Source: Octopus sinensis
Taxonomy: Eukaryota
DNA: 64,000 nucleotides
Assembly (NCBI RefSeq): GCF_006345805.1
Contig: NC_043006.1
Location: 96,534,001-96,598,000, forward strand
Direction: 5' to 3'
The notes beneath the pieces were generated by a model, which saw only the letters and a list, made by a program, of their open reading frames with translations, did not search any database and was not told the DNA's origin. The position numbers were made by a program, and so were the translations under genes. This document shows positions 50,948 to 62,889 of this stretch, in pieces (the first letter of the stretch is position 1; every line of letters starts with the position of its first letter).

Positions 50948-51165
50948 ATGTGCATTCTGTCTCCGCTCTCGCGTTTGACATGCGTTGTGCGCTGTTGGTG
51001 TGTTTTCCTCCCATAACTTAGAAGTTCGGCAAAAGGATCGGACAGAATACGTACCAGGCTTTAAAACAATAAGTATTGAGGTCGATTCATTTGGCTAAAA
51101 TTATTCAAGTTTGTGCCCCAGCATGGCCACGGTATAATCACTGAAATAAGTAAAAAGCAAAAGGT
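50682..51165 (+). mobile_element. SINE family A, old copy with long (TA)n
   Basis: Degenerate head GCTGTGTGG...GGGTTCAATCTC and degenerate tail. Confidence 0.7.
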
Positions 51166-51189
51166 AACCCAAACCTTAACAAATACTTT

Positions 51190-51440
51190 TTCTCCTACCA
51201 TACTCTGCTTTCGCTTACGCGCGCATGGTATTGTAGTCACTCATCTTGGTCTGTTCGTCAGAGTGTTTGCAAAGTTACTGGAAAACGGCTAAACGGATTT
51301 GCACGAAATTTGGCAGAAATACTCCTTGGCTAAGTGGCTCGAACGCATTAAATTTTGGTTTGATTATCTTTAAAACTGGGGGACGGGTGAATCAAAATGT
51401 TTTTTCTTTCCTTTGTTTGATATGCATAAACGATAACCAG
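51190..51440 (+). mobile_element. Helentron-associated/DINE-1-like (HINE) fragment
   Basis: GTCTGTTCGTC...GGAAAACGGCTAAACGGATTTGCACGAAATTTGGCAG...ATTAAATTTTGG resembles this element class. Confidence 0.45.
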
Positions 51441-51469
51441 GAGAAATAACTCTTGTCTTTTTACATTAT

Positions 51470-53490
51470 TTCCGTGAGATGATCCATTACAACCGTTGGA
51501 AAAAACATCTACTAAATAACGAAATCAAAGAGAAGTTATATTCATTACTTAGGAAAATGACCAGAGATGATGATAGAAAGAGAATCCAACAAGATCTAGA
51601 AAAGTCAAACACGAAAGAATTTAAAATGGTGAAGACCCGCCAGATTAAGAAGTTTATGAAACTCAAAGGTCAGAGAATGAAGACTGAAGTCCGTCACTCA
51701 CCTGTGAAAGCAGTAATTAATGTAAGTAGCCGACATCTAGAAAGCTCTGAAGAAGCAGTACTAAACAAAGGTCTCAGCTTTGCGACAACCAACAAGCGCA
51801 TTCCATACTTGGACATAATAGCCCCTATTGAAGAGATAGCCATAAAGATACCAAAAGGTCAGGGAGATGAACTAAGGTAGAAAGTGAGACAGGTACTAGA
51901 AAAAGCGAAACTTCCCAAACCAAACATCACTAAGGAAGAAACGTTCGCTACCAAAAGACTACAGGGTGACAATGCCATCATAATACTTCCAGCGGACAAG
52001 GGAAATGCTACAGTGGGTATCAACAAGTCTGACTACTCGGAAAAATTGGCAAGTCTGATAAGTGAAGATAGCTACAGCAAAGAAAAGAAAGACCCAACTC
52101 TGAAAAAAGAGTGGAAGTTGTCACAGGTCTTAATTAAGAACAAGAATCACTTTACACCAACGAAGTACAGACAACTGACTCAACACTACAGTAAACTACC
52201 ACACATGTAAGGTCTCCCTAAGATTCACAAGGATGGTATTCCATTAAGACCTATAGTGAGCTGTAGAGGTTCAGCATGTCATCCTCTGAGCCGCTTCCTT
52301 GTGGATATAATCAGTCCATTAGCAGGAAAGTTAACATTGTACGTGAAAAATTCCATCCACTTCACAGAATTGATCAAGGATTCCCCCATTGAATCCAACC
52401 AGATGGTGAGTCCAGACAGACAACCATCTAAAAAGAACGCACGAGTATACCAATAAGAAACTTGATGGAAATGATGACCTTCTGCGTAGAAACTACCAGC
52501 TTCAGTATGGACACTGATATATATCGACAAGAAGAGGGTTTAGCTATGGGTTCGTCATTATTACCGATAATAGCCAATATATATATATATGGAATACTTT
52601 GAAAATTTGGCTTTAGGATCAACACCACTAAAACCAACCCTATGGCTACGATATGTTGATGACACCTTTATACTCTGGCCCCACCAGGAAGATGTCTAAG
52701 TGCTGTTAGATCATATGAACTCAATAAAACCATCCATAAAGTTCACAACGGAAAAGGAGAAATACAATCAGCTAGTATTCCTGGACGTATTAATAACACG
52801 CACCAAGTATTGATTCAGGAAACCGACCTTCACTGAGATGGATTGCTCAGTGCCTAAACATCGAGCAAAGAATATAAGTAGCGATCGTGATAACCATCGC
52901 GAAGAAATGATCAAGCTCAGTAACAATCTATTAAGCAACAACTACCCCCAAAACATACTATCCACCCCAATTATGAAGAAAAGAAGGGATGAAACCAATA
53001 AACTGTCCATAGTCTGTCTACCCTATGTGGAAGATCTCCGGAAAGATACAAAAGATATGCGGCCCATATGACATCAGGACAGTATTCAAGAGTGATACAA
53101 CACTTTGCAAATATCTGCGATAAAACCACCAATAGAAGGGAATATGACCAAAAACAGCGTGTACTCCATCACTTGCAGTTGTGGTAGGTTATACAAAGGT
53201 GAAACATATCGCCCCTCAGAATAAGGGTAGACGAACGTCGCAAAGCTGTGACATGAAGAGATATTGATAAATCGAGTATAGCTGATCATGTATGGAAAAA
53301 TGGAGACCATCTCCCCTTGTGGGATGAAGTTAAACACCAGTGGAAAATACAAAAGCTGAAAGAGGCAGTATATATGCTTGGACATAACAACCGCCTGAGC
53401 AGACCGAGTGCAAATATGAATAGCATATGGGAACCGTTATCAAGGAAATATAGGAAAATACTAGACTTATAAGCCCCAAAATTCACTCTA
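51470..53490 (+). mobile_element. Penelope-like element (Poseidon-type), near full-length RT + GIY-YIG, pseudogenised
   Basis: VINVSSRHL..EEAVLNKGLSF, ILPADKGNATV, *GLPKIHKDGIPLRPIVS, QEEGLAMGS, WLRYVDDTF (YVDD ~52652-52663), LVFLDV, NNYP, CLPYV, NSVYSITCSCGRLYKGET (53153-53206), IADHVW; several stops and internal deletions. Confidence 0.95.
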
Positions 53491-53501
53491 TAATTGCCCA
53501 T

Positions 53502-53575
53502 GAGCATATGGCGTAGTGGTTAAGTGTGCGGGCTACTAACCCCGAGATTCCGAGCTCGATTCCAGACAGTGACCT
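53502..53575 (+). promoter_or_regulatory. tRNA-like Pol III internal promoter directly after the PLE ORF
   Basis: A-box TGGCGTAGTGG (53509-53519), 7-nt anticodon-like loop CTACTAA, B-box-like GAGCTCGATTCC (53552-53563, one T->C change). Stems are too poor for a functional tRNA. Confidence 0.7.
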
Positions 53576-53670
53576 GAATAATAATAATAATAATAATAAT
53601 AAAGAGAAGAAGAAGAATAACATCGAAAAATACCTTAGGAATGAGAACCCAGGATCGAAATTTCCCCAAG

Positions 53671-53714
53671 ACACCTGATGAAGGCTGGACGGTATATCAG
53701 CCGAAACATTGTGT
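53671..53714 (+). ncRNA. minimal type I hammerhead ribozyme of the PLE pLTR
   Basis: ACAC-CTGATGA-A-GGCTG-GACGGTATAT-CAGCC-GAAAC-ATT-GTGT: stem I ACAC/GTGT, intact core, 5-bp stem II, GAAA, no stem III loop. Confidence 0.8.
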
Positions 53715-54261
53715 TAACAACAAACAAGATGAGGACAAATATCCATCGAATGTAAAATTTTGCCCTCCCATTGAGTACAAGGAGTCCGTGCAGACATAGT
53801 ACGAAACTCATGAGGTTGGCTTTTCTTGTACAAATTATGTTGTCCACAACTCGCTTCCATGCTACGAAATGGAAACGTTTATACATCGATATAGAAAGAT
53901 ATTCCGAACCATTTGTTCCTTCATATATTGCTGGTAAGTCTTAAGAGAGTATAAGTTGTTTTGCCGTTGTGCTTCTCGAGTTCTATCGCTTGAGTAAGAT
54001 TCTCTTTGAAATATTAATGTAAGAAAATGGTAGAACACCTTGTTTTATTACATGGTTCTTCCTGCGACTGATTTTGGGAGCAAATCGATCTCAATCTTCT
54101 CCGTGCGGTGACGATACATCTGAATTTTGTAGTTTTAGACGTATCTTTAAAAGGAAAATCTGCTCACTGTTGAAATACCTTTAATAACAGTTCTACTCAG
54201 TCATGTTCTAGGTCTAAACGTTAACAATATCCACATCATATCAATGTCGACAGCAATATGC

Positions 54262-54667
54262 AAGGCGGTGAGCTGTAGTAATCGTTAGTAAGGCTGGTCA
54301 AATGGCTAGTGGCATTTCATCCGTTTTTACGCTCTGAGTTCAAATTCCGTCGCGGTTGACTTTGCTTTTCATCCTTTCGGTGGTTGATAAAATAAATAAC
54401 AGTTGAGCACTGGGGTCGATGTTATCGACTTATCCCCTCCCTAAAACAACATAACTCTACAGAAAGGCGGCGAGCTGGCATGATTTTTACCGCGTCGGGG
54501 AAAATCATTAGATGTATTTTGTTCTGAGTTTAAATTCCGCCGAGGTTGACTTTACCTTTCGCCCTTTGGGGGACGATAAAATAAGTACCAGTAGAGCACT
54601 GGGATCGATGTAATCGACATATCTACTCTCCCAAAATCGCTGGCCCTGAGCCAAAAATTGGAAACAA
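54262..54667 (+). mobile_element. two adjacent SINE family B copies
   Basis: Heads AAGGCGG(T/C)GAGCTG at ~54262 and 54464, each followed by GAGTT.AAATTCCG...GTTGACTTT.CC/TTT. Confidence 0.88.
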
Positions 54668-54714
54668 TATTAACATCAATACTTTTATCTACGATCACCG
54701 ACGCTATTACCACC

Positions 54715-54746
54715 ATAACTACTACTATTACTACTACTACTACTAT

Positions 54747-54785
<39 letters not shown>

Positions 54786-54792
54786 CATGATA

Positions 54793-54833
<41 letters not shown>

Positions 54834-54905
54834 CACCACCACAACCACCACCACTACTACTACTATTACTACTACTACTACTACTACTACTATTACTACT
54901 AGCAC
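54715..54905. repeat. (ACT)n/(ACC)n microsatellite
   Basis: Direct reading. Confidence 0.95.
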
Positions 54906-55233
54906 TAATATCAATACCAATTCACTGCCACAAACATCTACGCCACCTCCAGCACCACTACTCTTATTAACATTACTACCAACACCGATGTCTTAATCAC
55001 CGTGGCCATCACCATTAACAACGTCGATAACACTATCAGCAGCACCATCAACAACACTGACACCAATACGAAGACCATGACTTGGATTGGAACAGAGCTA
55101 CATTACCAACTACGCAATCCAGCGAAGGAGCTTGCAAAAGATGGCAGCCAAATTCCTCTCGCATAACACACATACACACGCGCGCTCGCGTAGAACACGT
55201 ACACACACCGCTTAGTAAAACGGTATTCTGGTA

Positions 55234-55398
55234 CGTTCTGAGTTCAAATTCCGCCGAGGTGGACTTTGCCTTTCATCCCTTCGAGGTCGATTAAATAAGT
55301 ACCAGTTACGCACTGGGGTCGATGTAATCGACTTAATACCTATGTCTGTCCTTGTTTGTCCCCTCTATGTTTAGCCCCTTGTGGGTAATAAAGAAATA
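55234..55398 (+). mobile_element. SINE family B, 5'-truncated, with 12-bp TSD
   Basis: Flanked by GGTATTCTGGTA at 55222-55233 and 55399-55410. Confidence 0.9.
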
Positions 55399-56634
55399 GG
55401 TATTCTGGTAAATGTAACCTTAGCTATAAAAAGGAGGGATGGCCACAGAAGGAGCACTTTTCGACACGAATCCATCCACTTGATGTGTCTAAGCAGCAGT
55501 AACCACCACAACAGCATGAACAACAATGAAAACAACAATAACAGCTGCCATAAAACCGACAACAATATCGGTGCAAACGATAGCACTTTCTTGAATGTTC
55601 TTGAAAAACACAAAAACAAAAACACAAAAACAAAAGACGAATAAACAAAAATAAACAAGAGCAATAACACCCCCACTACTCCCTTCCCAATCCAAAACAA
55701 CAACATTAATAACAAAACAAGCCAAACGAAATATAAGTGAAACACAGACTAATTACTAAAGCATTCAATATGATTCGAATTCTACAGATAAATTCTCCAG
55801 AGATTTCAATCCTTCCACTATCTCTTCTTCTTTCTTTTTTTCACTTCTCATTCATCCACTTATTCTCTCTCTCTCTCTTTCTCTCTCTGTCGCTGTCTGT
55901 CTAGGCTCTTTTTCTTTTTCTTTTTCTCTTGCACTCCGCTGCCAACTCACTTCGATTCACTGTGAGAAATGTTTCGGTTCTCGAAGACAGACGGAACAAC
56001 AACAACAGCAACAATAACAACAACAAGTAGACAATGCAAAAGAAGGATGAAGGAAAGAATAGATTGAGAAGAAGAAGAAGAAGAAGAAGAGAAGAAGAAG
56101 AAGAAGAAGAAGAAGAAGAAGAAGAAGAAGAAGAAGAAGAAGAAAGCGAGGAAATAAAAGTAGTAAAATGAAAATTAAAAAAAGGAACAGAAGAGAAGAA
56201 AAGAAAAGAAAGAAGTAAACGAAGAAGAAAGAAGAGAAGAGGATTAGCACCACCACCACCACCACCACCACCACCGTCAGCATTAACAACAGCAACAACA
56301 ATAATAAAAATGGAAACGAGAGGGCCGAGCGGAGTACGTCGGTCTAAGAATTGTGTCATTCAAGACAATTTATTAGTCTCTCTCTCTCTCTCCTTCTCTT
56401 CCCTCCTTCATACTCTTCTCCTCCAACCTGTTCTAATTCTTCACCTACTCCTTCTCCTCATCCTCATCTTATAGTTGATATCAGTGTCAACTGAAGTTGG
56501 GTAATTTCTTCTTCTGACACATTGAGAAGTAAGATGGCGGAGACAATTACGGAGACATATTTCCCTTTCCTATCAAATTTATTTGTTTATTTGCTTATTT
56601 ATTTATTTATTTATTTATTATTTCTCTATTTGTT

Positions 56635-56636
56635 TA

Positions 56637-56732
<96 letters not shown>

Positions 56733-56737
56733 TATTA

Positions 56738-56826
<89 letters not shown>

Positions 56827-56896
56827 TATTATTATTATATCATTATTATTATCATATTATTATATTATTATTATTATTATCATTATTATTATTATA

Positions 56897-56936
<40 letters not shown>

Positions 56937-56959
56937 TATTATCATTATTATTATCATTA

Positions 56960-57001
<42 letters not shown>

Positions 57002-57011
57002 ATTATTATTA

Positions 57012-57076
<65 letters not shown>

Positions 57077-57085
57077 ATTATTATT
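56635..57085. repeat. ~450-bp interrupted (TTA)n microsatellite
   Basis: Direct reading. Confidence 0.98.
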
Positions 57086-57524
57086 ATATTCGTCTGCTTT
57101 TCTTTGTGATTGTGCACTTGTTTTGTATATATATTTATTTATATAGGCATGCATAAATATATTTGAGTGTGTGTGTATGTTTATTTGCGAGTATCTTGGT
57201 GTATATACTTTAATAAATGAGTGTATCTCTGTATACCATGTATGTACGAATGATTGGGTGTGTGTGTGTGTGTATGTAATTCTGTGATAGCGTGTGTGTG
57301 TGGGTGTATTTATGTGTATATTTGATTCGTAATTTCAGATTTACATTGAATTTTATTGTTTTATTGCGCCTCTATATTCATTGTTGCTCTATGTTCTTCT
57401 CTTATCTTCCATTCATACACCAACTCCCTCATTTTCTCTGTTGCCATATGTGTAAGCAAGTATGCGTTTGTGTGAGATTGCGACTGTATATATCTATATA
57501 TACACGCATACATGATACATATAC

Positions 57525-57594
<70 letters not shown>

Positions 57595-57636
57595 TATATA
57601 TATTTATATGTCTACAGACATATTATATATATATAG

Positions 57637-57670
<34 letters not shown>

Positions 57671-58049
57671 GTATATATAAGCATACATAATGTACATGTA
57701 TATATATATATGCATGTGTATATGTGTGCGTGCCTGTGTGAGTGTGTGTATTGGTGTGCATCTGTGCATGTTTGTATGTTCGTACGTGTGCTTGAGCGTA
57801 TATTCTGGTTAGCCGGTTGGTCTTCGCATGTGCTAATTAGAATGCTAATATAAGAGCAAGGGCCCAACGATAAAGAAAAGTGATAAGTTCTCTGTTATCT
57901 GTATAATATGTCAATCAAATCGCTAAATACTAGCATCCATTTGTGGAAACAAAGATAAACACAACAAAAACACAAACCTGAAGCAATAAAACATTACAAA
58001 TGCTCCTGAAAATAGCAATAACAATAACAACAACAATACAACTATTACT

Positions 58050-58102
58050 ACTGCTAATAATGATGATGATGATGGTGATGATGATAATAATAATAATAAT
58101 AA

Positions 58103-58133
<31 letters not shown>

Positions 58134-58311
58134 AGAAGAAGAAAAAGAAGAAGAAGAAGAAGAAGAAGAAGAAGAAGAAGAAGAAGAAGAAGAAGAAGAA
58201 GAAGAATAATGATAATGATAATGATGATGATAATAATAACAATAAATAATAATAATAATAATAATGCTGCTGCTGCTGATGATGATGATTATAATAATAA
58301 TAATAATGATG

Positions 58312-58375
<64 letters not shown>

Positions 58376-58450
58376 CAATAACAATAATAATGATAATGAT
58401 AATAATAATAACAACAACAGCAACAGCAACAACAACAACAACAACAATTC
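58050..58450. repeat. compound (GAT)/(AAT)/(AAG)/(AAC) microsatellite
   Basis: Direct reading. Confidence 0.98.
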
Positions 58451-59301
58451 CAAAAACGAAATACTATCAAATATAAAGAAATCTACATGCTATCGAAACG
58501 AGCGGCACAGCGCGTCGTCTGGGAGTGAAACTATTAAAGGTCAATTGTGTGTGCCTTATCTTAACGTTTCTTTTGTCCGCTGCTGTCTTTGTTGCCATTG
58601 TTGTGCCCAGATATCAGTTGGTCTTATGACACATTAGGTAAGTGGTCGGCAGTAAAGCCTAATGACCTGTGGGAGGGTTACATCGTAAAACTGTAAAAGG
58701 GGGAAGGTAGACGATTTCTTTAAGATGGAGGAGGAAAGCGGATAAAGAAAATAACAAAATAAATAATTATAAATAAACACACACAGTATATATAAGTGTG
58801 TGACTCTGTGTGTCTGCGTATGAATATATATATATATATATATATATGGTATTATAAGTTCAGTAAAATTTAGATTCAGTTGAACATGGTACTTAAGTTT
58901 AAGGCACCAGAATTTAGTATGGTATTATCTATATAATTCAAAATAGGGTATATACATACATATATATACATATATATATATGTGTGTGTGTGTGTATAAT
59001 ATTTATCAGTGTATTTTTGGCGATTTAAACAAGAGTTTTGACTGTTATTTCCAGCAGGTAGACATACTTCGGATTGTCCTTTGATTAATTTTAATCCTTG
59101 AGCTATATTTTCTTTTGGGGCGGGGGGGGGGCTATAATCGCCTATATTATTGATTCTGTTGTCATTTTTAAATTGTTACACTAGATAATAACAGAGTCAC
59201 TGATGTCTTCGCAAATTTTTATATTATATATACATCTATGTATGTATGTATGTATGTATGTATGTATGTATGTATGTATGTATGTATGTATGTATGTATG
59301 T

Positions 59302-59851
59302 CAGGTCACTTTCGAGTGCTACTGGTAACATGTAACCCAGTACAACCTGTTGCATAGTCGGGTCGTCGGTGACTAAACCAGCAACCCCACCAAGCTTGCT
59401 CGGTGAAGAGGGTATTTATTTGACACCCTGCGGGATGAAAAACAAAACCCGTCAAAGGGCGGAAGAACTCTTGAGAGTCAACGGCCATCCAATAAATGTC
59501 TTAAGGATGTATCATGCGCGGGGACATAGAAATAATCGGATTGAATACCCGATCGCGCGGTTAAACCACTGGGAGTGAAGGACTCCTAGCCATTGTTAGG
59601 GCATCCTTCTAGGAGAAGGCAATTCAGGTAACTGGGATAACTCCGAAAAGAAACCTGCGGCTCAGTGGTTACCGATGATGTTGACTTGTTCTTCTTTTCG
59701 GATTATGGCTGCTGTTGCTTAGTGAGTGGGATTGACTCAGTGCACAGCCTTTTCTCACTATAAAAAATTCTTCTTGCACAGGCATTGTACGATAAAAACA
59801 TTGATTAAGCTTCGTGCAATGGCCATACTTGATAACGAGGGGGCAGCCACC
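59302..59851 (+). mobile_element. non-autonomous RTE derivative (5'UTR-like region + 3' terminus) inside an (ATGT)n tract
   Basis: RTE 5'UTR-type motif GGGCATCCTTCTAGGAGAAGGCAATTC (59599-59625); ends GAGGGGGCAGCCA (59837-59849), identical to the RTE terminus at 22865-22877; (TATG)n on both sides; no RT. Confidence 0.6.
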
Positions 59852-60019
59852 ATGTATGTATGTATGTATGTATGTATGTATGTATGTATGTATGTATGTA
59901 TGTATGTATGTATGTATGTATGTATTTATATATGTATGTATAAATATATGTATGTATGTATGTATATATATATATATATACAAACAATATAATATATATA
60001 TATAGCAGAACTATTACAA

Positions 60020-60059
60020 GATTATTATAAGATTATTATTATTATTATTATTATTATCA

Positions 60060-60090
<31 letters not shown>

Positions 60091-60110
60091 TACTATTATT
60101 ATTATTATTA

Positions 60111-60153
<43 letters not shown>

Positions 60154-60200
60154 AGTAGTAGTAGTAGTAGTAGTAGTTTTAGTAGTAGTAGTAGTAGCGG
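60020..60200. repeat. (ATT)n-(AGT)n microsatellite
   Basis: Direct reading. Confidence 0.95.
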
Positions 60201-60687
60201 TGGTTCCATAATTTCATTTATCTAGCTATCACCTTCATCATCAATATAACCTTTTGCTGTGCTATATAAAGTTGTTATTTGAGCTTTGAATATGAGTTGT
60301 TAAATGTGTCTCGGTGTTGTTACTCGCACTGCTAGAAATGGCAACCAGATCTTCTTAAAATAATAATCTACAGTCTTGTAAACGCTTACATTTCATCCTT
60401 TTTTTTTTCGTTTTGTGATATGCTACCTAAAACAATGATTTTTTAACCAAGGCTGGAACCAAATCGGGACCAAAAAGATGAAGGTTTTGCTAAGCAAAAA
60501 CCCCACATTGCAAAAATGATATCTAGATTTTTCGTACATGAGATAATGGTATTCTATATTTGACAATAAGAAATGGTGGTCATGGCTGTAACAGCTTAGG
60601 TCATGGTTTTCCTCGAACGGAGAGGCCCTCTCAGTAATCATCAAGAATAGCAAGAAAAATTGTAAATGTTTACTTCTCCAGTAATTT

Positions 60688-61071
60688 GCATCATCATCAT
60701 CATCATTATCATTAGCAGCAGCAGCAGCATCATTATTTTTCATCTATACATCTTCGACATCAACATCATTCTCCTCCACCTCCATCTCCTCCTCATCATC
60801 ATCACAACCACTACTACCATCGTCGTTTGTTGTCGTCGACGTCGTCATCGCCGTTATCATCATCATCCTCATCATCCTCATCATCCTCATCATCATCATC
60901 ATCGTCAACAGCTTCATCTACATATCACCCTCATCAACATCATCACGATAACGATCATGATCATGATCATTATGATTACCGCTACCACAACCACCCTCAT
61001 TATCGCCGTCATCGTTGTCGTCATCATCTTCGTCCTTGTCGTCGTCATCATCCTTCATCATCATCATCATC

Positions 61072-61140
<69 letters not shown>

Positions 61141-61204
61141 TTCATCATCATCATCATCATCATCATCGTCGTCATCATCTTCGTCCTTGTCGTCGTCATC
61201 ATCC

Positions 61205-61251
<47 letters not shown>

Positions 61252-61262
61252 TCATCATCATC

Positions 61263-61311
<49 letters not shown>

Positions 61312-61360
61312 ATCATCATCATCATCATCATCATCTCATCATCATCATCATCATCTTCAT
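60688..61360. repeat. degenerate (CAT)n low-complexity tract
   Basis: Direct reading; includes an internal duplication of CATCATCTTCGTCCTTGTCGTCGTCATCATCCTTCATC. Confidence 0.97.
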
Positions 61361-62159
61361 AGCCCAAGTGAACAACTTGACCTTCCTCCTTCTCAGCATG
61401 AACATTTTCATAATCACAATCGTCACCTCCGCCGGCTTAACCATCATCGTCGTCGTTGTCATCGTGGTCCTCGTCGTCGTCGTCACCACTGTTGTCGGAA
61501 TGGTTTTGTGGTTTTGATTCTCAGACAATGTAGCCATGATGTCATGAACAACGCAAACAATAACAACCATTAATCGCATCAATGAGCCAAGAAATGAGAC
61601 CGGAATGCAAAGAAAACAGCAAAGCAAAATGGCCGCCGCGTTCATCATCCCACATTGCACAGCCTATACCGCCATACTCCACCTACTGATTCCACCACGA
61701 CGGACACAGACTTGCTTAGACTGTTTCTCTCTTACCTGCTTGCGGCCATCACCTACAACCAATTCTTTTGCACCATGTTCCTTCTGCATTCCGATAATTC
61801 AACCACTACTACAAACACAACCGTACACTCACTCAACTCCTCCATCTTGCCACTAACCGCTGCACTCGCCAATGAATGACATCATCGCAGACACGCAAAC
61901 ACACACACACGCACGCACGCACACACACACACACACATACACGCACTGAAACACATAGAAAACATCTGTGTCATACAAGCCTTCTCTTACGATGATCTTT
62001 CCCGTGTTCCACTTACATCGCCCTGTTCACGCCACACACACACACACCACTCAGCTTTGCCTGATTTTCATCGTTCTTATACGTTAGTGATCTGTGGATA
62101 CTTGCTTGCCAACAAGATAAGGCAGAGTCCGGGTTCGGGTTCGGGTTAGAGTTGAGCGA

Positions 62160-62178
62160 TGACCTTTGACCGAGGTCA
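62160..62178. promoter_or_regulatory. candidate nuclear-receptor element (DR1 plus an abutting everted half-site)
   Basis: TGACCT-T-TGACCG-AGGTCA; motif match only. Confidence 0.35.
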
Positions 62179-62889
62179 ACCAGCTGGACCGAAGCAAGAG
62201 AATTTAACCATTTAACCCTTTTCACCAAAACTGATATTCCAAGTACACCTCGCCTCCTTCCCCTCTTTCCTCGCCTCCTCCTCCTCTTCCTTCGCTTCCT
62301 TTGCTTGTAGACGTATGCCATTTACCATCGGTTATTCCTGCTCTTCCCGTCATCACTTCATGCATTTAAGTGTTCTTGTACTGACGACATCACATAAAAT
62401 GACAAAGTACGTCACCAACCATTGTTGTCTCCCTCCTCCTCCTCTTCCTCCATTTGTTCGTAACAACAACAACAGCAACAACAATAATAATGATAATAAA
62501 GATGATGATGATGATGACGATGATGGTGATGACCTCGAGGGCAATGACAACGACAATGACGGCTACGACGACGACGACGACGATGATTACGATGCTGACA
62601 ATGACGATTACTTTTATTTGCTTCAACGCATCCACTGAGGCAAACCTTGCAAGGATCGAGTACAATGTTTGTGAGGGGCTTACATGAAGAGGTGAAGGAA
62701 GAAATAGAAATAAAACGAATACATTGTATGCAAAATATGGACGAGGCAGTCTTCCTGCCGTGGGAGAGCCTTTCTCTAGGGCTATTCAAGAGTCCCCACA
62801 AATCCAGCATCTGATCGCCAAGGACACGAACTCTCACTCCGCTGTTGTTCTCCAATCTATGAAGGTATACTTATTATAGGTCCATTCAC

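Noticed and set aside
56522-57146. Poly-Leu/Tyr/Ile ORFs and a YY1/Kozak-like AAGATGGCGG at 56531-56540
   Set aside because: The frame runs straight into (TTA)n; a single motif is not enough evidence for a gene start.
59304-59420. HDV-like ribozyme at the RTE 5' end
   Set aside because: A P1-like helix with G-U is present, but I could not place P3/L3, P1.1 and P4 in the required order. Left open as an unspecified structure.
60666-61573. His/Ser/Asp-rich ORFs (also 14537-15079, 27880-28493, 11348-11731)
   Set aside because: Trinucleotide microsatellites, open in several frames on both strands.
62131-62149. Telomere or interstitial telomeric array
   Set aside because: Only three units, two of them GGGTTC.
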